The notes beneath the pieces are model-generated. The model ran no database searches, was not told the origin of the DNA, and saw only the letters and a list, made by a program, of their open reading frames with translations. The position numbers and the translations under genes were made by a program. This document shows positions 1-12,408 of a stretch of DNA of 64,000 nt, piece by piece (position 1 is the first letter of the stretch; every line of letters starts with the position of its first letter). The DNA lies in contig CM059433.1 of NCBI GenBank assembly GCA_030390025.1, positions 24,802,001 through 24,866,000 of the forward strand, given 5' to 3'. Source of the DNA: Squalus acanthias. Taxonomy: Eukaryota.

Positions 1-1103
1 TTTGGCTGCAGGTAACTGGAAGGCAGCTTCTCAACATGGCAGGCCAAGAAGAAGCTTCAAAGGCCCCTGCATCTTGGATGCAGCACTGAAAGTCCTTGTG
101 GAGGGTGAAGCAAATGTAGAGCGACCAGAGGTTGAGGAGCTGGAAGATGGCAACACTCACAATGACACACTGTCACTCAAACTGATATTAGCAAGTGCTG
201 GTTCAGAGACTGGCATTACTCATCCCTTATAGGATAGGCTGGTGGGATTTACATTGGGAGGCTCACCAAGCACTAGTGTGCAGGAGCGTGACACGGCCCA
301 GGAAGCAGTTTGCTGGAGGGAGAACTCTCATCCCAGCCCTGCTGTGGAGGGCACAGATGAAGATCTCAAGGGCACAGCCTATGCTCAAAGACTGATTTCT
401 ATACACCTGGACCTTTTAAGTGCACTGGGCAGGCTGCCAGCGAGCTTGCACACAATGGCAGAGGGCATGGAGGGGTCCAGTTTATGCTTGTTTGGGGTCA
501 ACTACCACGGCATTGGGACCATACAGTCAACCATGGAGCAAGTGGTCAGCTCTATGAATTCTGCAGCGGGGCCGACAATGATGGAGCCTCTGACAACTTT
601 GCCGGGAACTCAGACTGATGCCATCGTGGCGCTGGGGTCCAGCATCTCTTCAGGCTTGCAATCCATGAAGGAGAGAATTGGTAGGAGTGAGGAGAACATG
701 AATAGGGGCTTCTAGAGCATCCCTGCACTCCTTCACTCTGTTTTTGTGCAGAGCAGTGGAAGTGTAAAGACGCAGCACCATGATAGTGGCATTGGCTCCG
801 TGGCTCAGTGTCCTTTCTCAGGATGGCAGTACGCCTGCTCTTCTGCCAGCCTCTGATGCAGTGCCATTGTTGGTTCCGTGCAGCCAGCTGGCCCAAACAG
901 CCCTGACCGGCACAGAGATACAACAGTCTACAGTTGAGCCCTCAACAGCTGCTGGAGGTTGCCCACTACGACCATCTCAAGTGCCCTCAGGGTATGATCA
1001 GCAGCCTTCCACCTCCCAGGCTCCTGGGATAGGGGAGCCATTTCATAGGAGCACTAGAATAGGCAAACGAACGCTGAGGCCAGGCATTAAGGGATTACCC
1101 TAG
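1..1103 (+). pseudogene. Harbinger accessory (Myb/MADF-type) gene remnant, C-terminal part
   Basis: Broken ORFs 242-715 and 780-1103 ending QPSTSQ...HRSTRIGKR, parallel to the end of the copy near 36.4 kb (QPVTTSA...RRSAREREK). Convergent with a Harbinger transposase. Confidence 0.65.
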
Positions 1104-1232
1104 AGTGATCTCAGTTCAACATTGAGATGTAAAATTTTTTTTTAGTCCAGAATGTACAAGAGGGGATTTTTTTTGCATTGATGTTGGTCGTCATAATCTT
1201 AGTCATGTAAGAGGAACACATGAGTTAGTAAT

Positions 1233-1380
1233 AAAAACAGAAAATGCTGGAAATACTCAGCAGGTTAGGCAGCATCTGTGGAGAGAGAAACCGAGTTAAT
1301 GTTTCAGGCCGATGATCTTTCGTCCGAGCATTTTCTGTTTTCATTTCAGATTTCCAACATCTGCAGTATTTTGCTTTTGT
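1233..1380. mobile_element. Short Penelope-like insertion with inverted internal structure
   Basis: Homologous to 2847-3829 and 14226-14360. Flanked by the 15-bp direct repeat acatgagttagtaat (1218-1232 and 1381-1395). Confidence 0.8.
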
Positions 1381-1539
1381 ACATGAGTTAGTAATGTTGG
1401 ACAGCATTCAGAAGGTGGGTGGAAGAAGTGGGTGAAATAATGGGACTGCTGGTGCGCTGGGGGATGCTTTGCTTCAGAGAATCTCTCAATATTTTGTTGT
1501 GCATCTCAATATTTTGCTGCATTACATCTCTGTCACCTG

Positions 1540-2650
1540 GCAGCACTTGGTCTTCCTCATCATCCTCTCCTTCCTCATCCTCTCCTGTAGCAACTGCACG
1601 GCTTGGCCCCTCTGAATGGTGTTGTTGCAGAGCATGCAGCAAACCACTACAAATCTGGAGACTCGCTCGGGCCTGTGCTGCTCTGGATCGGTCCATGCAC
1701 CGAGAATGGTTCTGAGGGTTCTGGTTTGAGTGCAACTCTCATTGTATCAGTGCTCAGCATCTCTACCGTGTTCCCGACAGGAGTCATGAGCCAGGTGTAG
1801 AGGGACACCCACCGTCTTCAAGGAACCAGCCTGCCACCCGCAGGTCTGGGTAGAAAATGGGGATTGAGGACTGGCATTATGACTATTGCCAGGAAACCGG
1901 GCATTGACCTGCATTATTCGCTGCCTGTGGTCATAGACCAGCTGACCATTCAGGGAGTGGAACCTCTTCCAGTTATAGAACGTGGCTGGTTCGTGATGGG
2001 GCGAATGCAGGGCAGCATGTGGGCAGTCAATAAGACCTGGGGAAACCCAGCGATACAAGAAAATCCAAGTGCTCTCTCTCCTGATCAGCACCCTGCATTT
2101 GGGTGGGTGTGAATTACTCTCTCCTTGCGAAGAGGACATCCTTCACCTGCTTGATGGTCGTATGGACAGCAAATTGATTGATATTGCTTATGTCACCTGT
2201 TGTAGCCTGCCTAAGCTTCTCCGCCTCGCTACCTCTTTCCTCCTTTAAGATGCTCCTTAAAACCTACCTCTTTGACCAAGCTTTTGATCACCTACCCTAA
2301 TTTCTCCTTATGTGGCTCGGTGTCAAATCTTTTGTCTTTTAATACTCCTGTGCAGCGCCTTGGACGTTTTGCTACGTTAAAGGCGCTATATAAATACAAG
2401 TTGTTGTTGTTATTGTAATGAGCCTGTGGCACAGAAGTTCAGAGCCATGGTTACCTTCACAGCAACAGGCAGTGCTGTGTGCTCCCTGGTGTTTGGCTCC
2501 AATTCCTGTTGCAACAGGTGATCTAGGTCAGTGACTGCCTGTCTGCTGAAGCACAGCCTCCTCACACACTGCTCCTCTACATTGTTGAGGTAAGAGATCC
2601 TGTAGTGAAACATCCGCATGCTGTAAGGCCTCCTTCGCCCTCTCTTTGAC
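1540..2650 (-). mobile_element. Decayed PIF/Harbinger (HARBI1-like) transposase
   Basis: Fragments ALPVAVKVTMALNFCATGSLQ, GLIDCPH, KRFHSLNGQLVYDH..VNARFPGNSH and an acidic tail. Frameshifted and interrupted by an L2 tail. Confidence 0.9.
2206..2412 (+). mobile_element. L2 LINE 3' end
   Basis: aaaacctacctctttgaccaagctttt...aaaggcgctatataaatacaag(ttg)n. Same 3' end as the copies at 41.1, 48.3, 53.7 and 58.2 kb. Confidence 0.85.
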
Positions 2651-2944
2651 CCTCCGCAAGTCTGTCCTGCTGTGTTTGGTGCTGCTGATACTCCCCCTGG
2701 TGCAAGGAGCAGTTAACATATTTTGTAGAAATACAAATTGAAGTATGAACTCTTCAACTCTGTCTTTGCTTTCCAAGTTACCTCAGTGTGTACTATATAC
2801 TACCTGATCTGTAAATATAGTTGGTAAGTACAAGAAGGGAGCCGAGTAAAAACAGAAAATGCTGGAGATACTCAGCAGGTCAGGCAGCATCTGTGAAGAG
2901 AGAAACAGAGTTAACGTTTCAGGTCGATGACCTTTCGTCAGAAA

Positions 2945-2981
2945 GGTTCTGACGAAAGGTCATCGACCTGAAACGTTAACT
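2945..2981 (+). ncRNA. Minimal type-I hammerhead ribozyme motif of the Penelope repeat (mirror copy on the - strand, about 2909-2943)
   Basis: CTGACGA-A-AGGTC-atc-GACCT-GAAA-CGTT, with stem I ggtt/aact and a palindromic ACGT stem III. Confidence 0.7.
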
Positions 2982-2983
2982 CT

Positions 2984-3729
2984 GGCCCAGAAATTGATCT
3001 CGCTCTGTTCCCGCGGGGGTAAGCCTTCCCCGCGATGTCTCACCTCGCTTATGCTTTTTCAGATCCAGCTCGGACGAACTTGATGTTCCAGACATCAGCT
3101 GTGCTGGGCTTGCGTATCCCAGCGGCGTAGTGAATTCGTGCGAGCTGTGGGATCACGTGACTCAGTTAGAGCCAATGGCAGCACACCATCTTCCATTCAT
3201 AAGTCTCACAGCATGGCTGTGAAATCTATGAATCTTACACCCCCCCAAAATAACAGCTAAACCTCAATTAAATTAAAAAAAAAACCCATCACATTAATAA
3301 AATAAGTATAGTTAATTAAATTAACCATTTTAAATAAAAAATTAAATTTTTGAAAAAATTTAAAATCTTTTAAAAAGTTATAAAAATAAACTTACCTGTC
3401 TTTAAAGTCTCTAACAAAGATATACCTGTAAAAAAAAAAATTCAAAAAAATACTTAATTCACTACTTACCTTCTTAAAAGCGGGTCTTACTACTCCTTTT
3501 TACATTTCCAAAATCTTCCCTACTTACCTGCGCGTCCAAAGCATGAAGTGCACAGCGTGCACGCAGCCTGTAGCGCGCACGCGATGCACCCAGGCCCCGC
3601 CCCCTTTTCAGAAGAGCAATTGCCGGTTTTCAGCGCATGCGCAGGGCATGCAGAAAACCGGCAATTGGAGTGGGAATACGCGAGAGTACGCAGTGCGTAC
3701 TCTCGCGTCCCGGGATCAATTTTCGGCCC
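2984..3729. mobile_element. Non-autonomous Harbinger-type MITE
   Basis: TIRs ggcccagaaattgatctcg / cgggatcaattttcggccc (15 of 19 match) and a 3-bp TSD tct. Removing it restores the Penelope arm exactly. Confidence 0.85.
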
Positions 3730-4666
3730 TCTGTTTCTCTCTTCACAGATGCTGCCTGACCTGCTGAGTATCTCCAGCATTTTCTGTTTTTATTTCAGAT
3801 TTCCAGCATCTGCAGTATTTTCTTTTTGTAAGGGAGCTGAGAGTGCAGGTACAGCTGAAAAAAATTGGAAAATAGGAAAAGAGAGGGTCCCTATGTTTTG
3901 TAATGTATTCTAAATGGTTGCAGCAGCCATCTTTATTTCTACTTGTGCTGAGAAATTCAATTGTGTTTCGCCCTGTTTCTGGCAGTAAATCAGCATTCCA
4001 TATAGCAATTTTACAGAGGGACATCTCGCACCAGAAGTGTGCACAAAATTCAGTCATTTTCTCTCACTCTCCTTTGCTCACTCTCTCTCACTCATACAGT
4101 CTCTCACTTTTTAAAATGTTTTTTACATTTAACATTAAATGTTCGTTTTACCCTTTAAGGTTCCAGCAAAAGAAGTGTATTTATGCCAAAAATTTGCGTG
4201 AGCTAGTGTGACACAAGAAATGTGATGGTTTTGTCAAGCGACGGTGATGGACAACAGGAAATGATATGCAGCCATACCATGTTTTAAATACCTATCTATA
4301 ACATAAAATCAGTACGTTTGCATGCACTTCTTGTCACACTCTGGCATCATCCTTTGTTGATTGGCTCAGTGACAAATCAGAACCAAGAAGATAGTGAATG
4401 TGCAAATTAAAAGCTAGGAAACTGCCAATGAGAACCATTGAGGACTTATGAAAATGAGCAATCCTGAATGACCTACAGAGCCTGTCAACAGAAGAAAGGT
4501 TTGTAACAATCAAATTGTTCAAAATACTTTTTTAAGATGCCATTTCTCACTTCAGCCTGCTTGACTACAGGCTTACAATTAGTCTTCCATCAATAAAAGC
4601 ACAATAACTTGATTAAACTTAAACATAAAATTGTCTTTTTGTGTTGTTGAATAGCTTCATTAATGT

Positions 4667-4750
4667 AACAACAGAAAACGCTGGAAAAACTCAGCAGGCC
4701 AGGCAGCATCCGTGAAGAGAGAGAAACAGAGTTAACGTTTCAGGTCGTAG
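4667..4750 (-). mobile_element. Short Penelope-like fragment
   Basis: Matches 2850-2926. 15-bp TSD tagcttcattaatgt at 4652-4666 and 4751-4765. Confidence 0.8.
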
Positions 4751-5621
4751 TAGCTTCATTAATGTGTTTGCTTGTTGAAGGCCTTTCAGAAGCTGGGCTT
4801 AGAATTGATTTTTTTCCTACAACTATCGCTCTATCCGTAGAAGGAAGTTCCCACAATTTGAGTGTGTGCAGTTTCCCACTATGCATCAGTGCAAGTGGGA
4901 GGATATATCTACCAATAGTGTAAGGAGCTTTCTGACATTGATTTTTTTTCAGGTTAAGTTTCACATTTTATCATCAACTGCTTAATTTTTAATTCAGAGA
5001 GTGAGTGAGTGAACTTTGCCACCATCTGTGCTTTGTTGAAATTCAAAGACAAATACTGTTTATTGATAGTTACTTAGCATTTGAAAACAGTGATTGTTAA
5101 TAGAGTATTTTATTTTTCTTGGTGTCTTTCCTCGTGTTATAAAATGATTCATTGAGGTTTTTTTCCCCCCTGAGTAAAAACAAACTGGAATCTAATTCTG
5201 AAAGCTTTTCAGATAAATGTTTCACAAAGGCAAAGGCTAATTATGGGTAACTCTGCTTTGTTTATACTTTCAGATTTTTAAAAAAATTGTAATTATTGCA
5301 GCTGTCTGACTAAAAGAAAGAAATTTTGGAACCTTTTCTGACCAAAACTGTTTCAGATGAAAACTGTTATTGATGCCCGCTGGAGTTCCAGCATAATCTG
5401 AACTAACCCTCTCCCAATGTTAAAGATTATGTCCAGGACACCACGCCGCCCCCCAATGCAACAAAAACTCCACAAACATACCTCACACCTGATCGATACC
5501 GCATACCATTTTACAATATATGCTGGACTTTACAAAAGTTGATGTAGAAGTTGAGCTCGTCTGTAATGCAACATGTGATAATGGTCAACTTGCAGATTTC
5601 CAAGATAACTGGGTATAATTT

Positions 5622-6117
5622 GTCATAGTCATAACGGCACAGAAGGAGGCCATTCGGCCCATCGAGTCCATGCTGGCTCTCTAGAGCAATCCAGTCAATC
5701 CCATTCCCCCGCTCTATCCCCGTAGCCCTGCATGTTTATTTCCCTCAAGTGCCTATCCAGTCTCCCCTTGAAAACATTGAGTGTCTCCGCTTCCACCACT
5801 TCCGTCAGCAGCGAATTCCAGGTCATCACCACTCGCTGCGTAAAAAAGTTTTTCCTCACGTCCCCCCTGTATCTCTTGCCCAAAACCTTAAATCTGTGTC
5901 CCCTAATCCTTGTACCATCAACTAGTGGGAACAACCTTTCCCCGTCTAGCCTATCCAAACCCATCATACACCTTGTACACCTCTATCAAATCACCCCTTT
6001 ATCTCCTTTGCTCTAATGAAAACAAATCCAGCTTCTCCAACTTGTCCTTGTAACGAAGATCCCCCAACCCCGGAACCATTCTGGTAAATCTCCTCTGCAC
6101 CCTCTCAAGGACCTTCA
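5622..6117 (-). mobile_element. CR1 LINE 3' fragment (family A)
   Basis: ORF2 C-terminus RKNFFTQRVV..WNSL...QGYGDRAGEWD. Nearly identical to the copies at 60.0 and 62.6-63.9 kb. Confidence 0.92.
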
Positions 6118-6172
6118 CTAGAATTTGATCCCTAAAACAGAGCTGAAAATCTCAAAATGCCATGTAACCAAG

Positions 6173-6606
6173 GTGTCAGCCATGGCTTAGTGGTAGCTCT
6201 TTCACCTCTGTTAAAAGGTTGTGGGTTCAACTCCCATTCCAGAGACTTGAACACATAATCTAGGCTGGCATTTCAGTGCAGTATTGAGGGAGTGCTGCAC
6301 TGTTGAAGGTGCGGTCTTTCAGATGAGACGTTAAACCAAGGCCTCATCTGCCCACTCAGGGCACTATTTCGAAGAAGAGCAGCGGAGTTCTCCTGGCCAG
6401 TATTTATCCCTCAACTAAAATAGATGATCTGGTCATTTATTTCATTGCTGTTTGTGGGATTTTGCTGTGCACAAATTGGCTGCTGCTTTTCCTACATTAC
6501 AATAATGACCGCACTTCAGAAAGTACTTAATTGGCTGTAAAGAGCTTCGGAAGGTCCTGATGTCATGAAAGGGGCTCTATAAATGCAAGTCCTTCCTTTC
6601 CTTTCT
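6173..6606 (+). mobile_element. tRNA-head SINE with Deu domain and L2-type tail (SacSINE1/DeuSINE-like)
   Basis: A and B boxes (tggcttagtggt / ggttcaactcc), core gatgagacgttaaacc..gaagagcag, tail ctataaatgcaagt. Confidence 0.85.
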
Positions 6607-7537
6607 TATAAAAACAGAATTTAACTTATTCAGTAACTTTAAATCAGTGGCCTCAGTAGTGCGCTGTATGTTACATGGCATAAAACACCCTTCTTGTTAA
6701 AGAACAGCATATCCTTTGGATATGGATTCTGCCACACAGTATTTAAAAAAGATAAAAGTATAGTAATCATTTGATGCTGATTTCTTCTGACCTGCAGCTG
6801 GAAATTTACAAGCAGCTGTCAATCTACAAGCTGCCTTCGCCAACAGCAATTAACCTCAAATTTACACACATTACATTTTGTGGCCTGTCCTTTTTAACAC
6901 TGATTTGTCCCTTAGCAGTAGGGTAATGTGTTCTGACACTCCCTATCGTTATAAAACAGCGAATTATCTGACCTACTCTGAGGAACAGCACGGGAGATCC
7001 GTTACCACTTTTTCTTTGGAAAGTGGAGCATAAACATATCTAAAATTGATCAGTATTTTCTGTTTGTCACAAATTGTCAGAAAGTCTGAAGTTAAAAGAT
7101 ATGCAGAAGCCCATGTCTAGAATATCTTGTTTCCATAGAAATGTTTTAGAACTGTTAGACCTTGAAATCTTTTTTCAATGAAGGGCGTAGCTTTATGACT
7201 GGGCTACACTGCAGTTACTGTGTATTTGCTTTTCCTTCTCCTTCATTAGTTAATAGATTTCTAAATGTACCGAAATCATAAATGTGTGTATAAAGAATGT
7301 TTATAATTTTGCTATAAGCTTCCCCATATGACTCTTAGCTGTCAGTGTTTATGCCTATGTCTATGTACATTAAACAATTAACACATACTGTACCTTGTGA
7401 CATGAATGTTTAACCTAAATTGTTACTGCTTGAAACCAATGCACTCCTGCTTGAGCAAACATGCAGAACAAAATGTGCATGAAAAAGCAAGACCACCTGA
7501 CCAGTGTGCCACAATCTGTTGATTGTTTTTAGTTGTG

Positions 7538-7801
7538 ATGGCTGGGTTGAACCTTCTTGGGTTTCGTGGTGTCAGTCACTTCCATAAGTGGATTTCGCAT
7601 CTATTAATTTGCGGAGTTGACTTAGACTGCTCAATATCTACTGTTACAATAGTGTTACCCAGGAGATGTAACAATGCATCATCCCCTTTCATACATAAAT
7701 TGGATATCGTGTTTAGTGCAAGTGCTCTTGCATGTGCTTCTCCAATCTATCAGTTGGTGGACTGTTTAGACTTTAATAAGACATTATTTCTCAGTGAGCA
7801 A
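7538..7801 (+). CDS. Candidate start-codon exon of the single-PDZ gene (MAGLNLLGFRG...FLSEQ)
   Basis: tttttag acceptor ending at 7532, gtgATGg context, 88 open codons and a CAA|gtaaac phase-0 donor compatible with exon A. No homology recognised. Confidence 0.3.
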
Positions 7802-7860
7802 GTAAACATACAGAGCAATAGTTATTATTGGACTTGTTTAATTCAATCAGTAAAAAGTAT

Positions 7861-8288
7861 AGACTTGCATTCCTATAGCACCTTTCACGACCTCAGGACA
7901 TCCGTAAGTGCTTTACAGCTAATGAAGTACTTTTTGAAGTGTAGTCACTGGTAATTTAGGAAACGCAGCAGCCAATTTGCACACAGCAAGGTCCCACAAA
8001 CAGCAATGTGATACTGACCAGATAAACTGACTTAGTGATGTAGGTTGAGGGATAAATATTGGTCAGGACACCGGGGGGGAAATGCCCCTGCCCTTCTTTG
8101 AATAGTGCCATGGGATCTATTACATCTACCTGAGGTTTAATGTCTCATCCAAAAGACGGCACCTCCGACAGTGCAACACTCCCTCAGTACTGCACTGAAG
8201 TGTCAGTCTAGATTATGTGCTCAAGTCTCTGGAGTGGGACTTGAACCCACGACCTGACTGAGAGTGCTACCACTGAGCCACGACTGAC
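7861..8288 (-). mobile_element. Deu-domain tRNA SINE
   Basis: Reverse complement of the same SINE (head near 8230-8288, tail agacttgcattcctatagc). Confidence 0.85.
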
Positions 8289-8292
8289 TTGT

Positions 8293-9060
8293 TAAAAATT
8301 TGTTATTGGGATGTGGGCATTGCTGGGAAGGCCAGCATTTATTGCCCATCCCTAATTGCCCTTGAGAAGGTGGTGGTGAGCCGCCTTCTTGAACCGCTGC
8401 AGTTCCCGTGTTGAAAGATACTCCCACAGTGCTGTTCGGGAAGGAGTTCCAGGATTTTGATGCAGCGACTATGAAGGAACGGCGATATATTTCCAAGTCA
8501 GGATGGTATGTGACTTGGAGGTGATGGTGTTCCCATGCGCCTGCTGCCCTTGTCCTTCTAGGTGGTAGAGGTCGCGGGTTTAGGAGGTGCTGTTGAAGAA
8601 GCCCTAGTGAATTGCTACAGTGCATCTTGTAGATGGTACACACTCCAGACATGATGTGCCGGTGGTGCAGGGAGTGAATGTTTGAGGTGGTGGATGGGGT
8701 GCTAATGAAGCGAGCTGCTTTGTCCTGGATGGTATCGAGCTTTTTGAGTGTTGTTGGAGCTGCACTCATCCAGGCAAGTGGAAAATATTCCATCACACTC
8801 CTGACTTGTGCCTTGTAGATGGTGGAAAGGCTTTGGGGAGTCGGGAGGTGAGACACTCGCCGCAGAATACCCAGCCTCTGACCTGCTCTTGTAATCACAG
8901 TATTTATGTGGCTGGTCCAGTTATGTTTCTGGTCAATGGTGACCTCCAGGATATTGATGGTGGGGAATTCGGTGATGGTAATGCCGTTGAATGTCAAGGG
9001 GCAGTGGTTGGACTCTCTCTCGTTGGAGATAGTCATTGCCTGGCACTTGTGCACAGTAAT
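8293..9060 (-). mobile_element. CR1-clade LINE 3' fragment (family C)
   Basis: ORF2 end AGQRLGILRRV..IYKAQVRSVMEY..LDTIQDKAAR. The 3' UTR gggcaattagggatgggcaataaatg is shared with about 50960. Confidence 0.9.
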
Positions 9061-10732
9061 GAACATGTTGCCCTTCCCCCACATCAGTGAGCATCTAGCT
9101 TGACTTAAATAAAATCATTTCCAACTTCCTTCCTGCATCCTAACCTTCTGAGCTTGTGCAAAATCGTACCCTAGCAGCTTTGTGCTTCAAAACCTGACAA
9201 TTTCTGTCACTATATTATCTCTCTGTGTTCTCAACCAGAGGGCAGGGTCTGTGACAGATGACCCTGGGACCAGGGAGTTCCCAACATAATGGGTGTGAGA
9301 TGTTTATCAATTAACCAGACAGGATAACAAATTGCTTTGGGAAAACAACTTTAATACCTTGCTCATTGGCATTGTAACCACCTTTTTATCTCAGTATTTA
9401 AAACAAATTTAAACTTATGTGAATGCACTTTGCTTTAAACCCCAGTATTTAAATGTAACTATTTTCCAAATCCTTTAGTGTAAAAATGGTTTAAAAAAAT
9501 CATGGCAGGATCATAATAAACCCACTCTTAATTGGTAAGAATTGGTGGTCAGAATCAGCAATAAGGATAAGGAGAACAATTATTTCAAGAACTTAATGAA
9601 AATTAAAGCTAAACCGAAGGGGAAAAAAATAAATTCACTACACGGGCTGTTTGAACGCAGCCCAAAAGGATAGGATGAAAGCCTGCTTGGAGTTATGTTA
9701 CATGAAAGCAGTTTGGGCACACTCAACCCAGTGCCAAGTGTGCTCGAGCCTACAGCACAAGACTGGTCTTAAATTGACATCAATTGAGAAGGTGATGCAA
9801 ACAATTTCTAATAGACGATGGGGGAGGGGTGAGGGAGGAGGAAACGGTCACACCAGAACAGTATGGGGTGCATTATTAATCTATAATAACGTGAGCTTTA
9901 TTTAGCATCTGGCTATGTTGTACCTGGTGTGGGAGTGCTCGAGATTGACTCAGGATACCAAACATGGAAAGTGTTCCTAATGATCCTAATCCTAACAAGC
10001 ACACGGAAGATTCACTCCAAATCCTAACATTTACAAAGAGGAATATTTTGAACTAAATATTGATCAGAAACTTCTTTTAAATTGTTCTGTTAGTGGAATC
10101 AGAAAAGTTTGAAGGGTTTCATTACTAGCAGTACCTTGGGTGAGTTATATTATCACCAGTATAATTACCTTGGGTGAGTTATATTAGCAGTACAGTTACC
10201 ACGGTTGAGGGGGAGGTGACTATGAAATTAGTATATTTAACTCCGGTCCACTATATTATTATGGTATATTTAGCTCCGCTCTGCTGAGATTAAACATCCT
10301 CCCGGAAAGAATATTATTTCAAATTCTACTTTGATGAAACATTGTTAGTGTTATTAATACTTGTCCTTTTTTGTTATCACAGTATCGGGTAACAATGTAG
10401 TAACACTTTCAGAGTCTTCCAATAATTAAACGGTAATTTGTTGTTAAAAATTTGAATGACATTTTGAACCATTTACATTCATCAAAATATTCTTGTATTA
10501 CTGGTTTCGGTGGTGAGTGGAAACAGCCTGACTTACTGGGTGAAGATTATGTGATACGGGCAGTATATCCTGTCAGCACACATATATACAAATTGAAATC
10601 TTTGATATAATTACTTAAACCATGTGACATGATATCTGATGTATCAGATAAGATTGTAATTGAATTTTTTTTCTCATTTCTCTACATGCATATTCACCAC
10701 ATTTAATCCCAATCTTTGTTTCTTGACCATAG

Positions 10733-10942
10733 GCGTCCTTAAAATGCCGTCCTAAATCCCAAACAATCTCTGCTGTTCCTGGCTGGGACTTGAGTGGTGT
10801 ATACTGGGCTTCATCACTGTCCGAACAGCAACTCCCTTTCCACGAACAAGAGTCCAAATGTTCTTCAGGCCGCGACAGGTGGACTGGTCACAGAGCCAGC
10901 CCTGAGCAGGAGGCTGAGGAAATGGAGGATCACTACGAGGAA
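10733..10942 (+). CDS. Scribble-PDZ1-like single-PDZ gene, exon A (70 codons, ASLKCRPKSQ...EAEEMEDHYEE)
   Basis: Pyrimidine tract with accatag|GCG acceptor and GAA|gtaagg donor. 210 bp, open, phase 0/0, unique sequence. The acidic end joins exon B (EDHYEE|EPVSKF). Confidence 0.75.
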
Positions 10943-11539
10943 GTAAGGATAGTTTGTATGGTAATAGAAACATTGAAATATTATTGAGCAGGGTTTAGAG
11001 ACTATTATGTGATAAATTACAGGGGTCCATATGATTGGTTCTGTCATACTGAAGTGTGCACTAATGATTAGCTTACATGGAGCCATAATTCGAGGTCACC
11101 TGATTTCACATCTGAAAATGCTATTTAAAACTCTTGCTTCCTGTAACCTTTGACAATAATATTGTTAAAGCTGCTTGTTCCCACACCCACCTGTCTTACC
11201 AATTTATTGCCACACCTCAGTGTAGCTGCTAAGGTGACCAAAAATTTGCCTGAAAATTATAGTGTGTTGGTTTTAGATTTTGTTTTGCATTTAATTTGTA
11301 GAAATGCTAAATATGGAAGCTGTTTATCAATATTTTCTTGTACTGTTTTGTGTTTGTTTTATTCACACATTCAGGCTATTTACATGAACATGCCCAATCC
11401 TTCTGCTATTGCATAATTTTCCACTTTAATATTATAATTTCTGATTCTGTTCATTAAGCATTGAAACAATTCTGATACCATGCAGCAAATATCATAATTA
11501 GGGCACTTTATTCAAGCCAAGTAAAGGAGATACTCCAGA

Positions 11540-12408
11540 TCATAAACTAAATGGTACAATTTTAAAGGGCTGCGATTTTAAGGAGAGACCTGGGGGTTCA
11601 TGTAGAAAAATCTTTGAAGGTGGCAGGACAAGTTGATCGGGCTGTTAAAGCGTATAGGAACCTTGGCTTTATAAATACAGGCATCGTGAATAAAAGCAAG
11701 GAAGTTATGCTAAACCTTTATAAATCTCTGGTTAGGCCTCAGCTGGAGTATTGTGTCCAATTCTGGGCACCACACTTCAGCATGTTGAGGCCTTGGAAAG
11801 GCTGCAGAGGAAATTTACTAGAAAAGTACCAGGGATGAGGGTCTTCAGTTATCTGGCGAGACTAGAGAAACTGGGATAGTTCTCCTTATAGCAGAGAAGA
11901 TTAAGGGGAGATTAAATGGAAATGTTCAAAACTAAGGGGCTTTGATAGAGTAAATAAGGAGAAACTGTTTCCTATGGCAAGAGGGTCAGTCACCAGATGA
12001 CACAGATTTAAGATAATTGGCAAAAGGACCAGCGGGAATTTTTTAACAGCGAGTTATGATCTGGAATGCATGCCGGAAAGGGTGGTGGAAGCAGATTCAA
12101 TAATAACGTCTTTCAAAGGGGAATTGGATAAACACTTGAATGGGAAAAATTTGCAGGGCTATGGGGAAAGAGCAAGGAAGTGGGACTAATTAGATAGCTC
12201 CTTCAAAGAGCCGGCACAGGCATGATGGGCTGAATGGCCTCCTCCTTAGAAACATAGAAAAATAGGAGCAGGAGTAGGCCCTTCGAGCCTACTCCGCCAT
12301 TCAATATGATCATGGCTGATCCTCTATCTCAACACCATATTCCCGCTCTCTCCCCATACCCCTTGATGCCTTTTGTGTCTAGAATTCTGTGCTGTATGAT
12401 TCTATGAT
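11540..12408 (+). mobile_element. CR1 LINE 3' fragment (family D) with a nested inverted CR1 tail at about 12247-12385
   Basis: LYKSLVRPQLEYCVQFWAPH and tail tatgattctatgat. Confidence 0.9.

Larger units (their letters stand above)
2847..3829. mobile_element. Penelope-like terminal-repeat insertion (fold-back), split by a MITE
   Basis: The 97-bp arm 2847-2943 is the exact reverse complement of 2947-2983 plus 3733-3792. TSD aagggagc(c/t)gag at 2835-2846 and 3830-3841. Confidence 0.85.

Noticed and set aside
4160..4315. Coding exon after the tttaag acceptor
   Set aside because: Stops occur soon in the frames read and no compatible phase-0 donor was found. At most a UTR exon.
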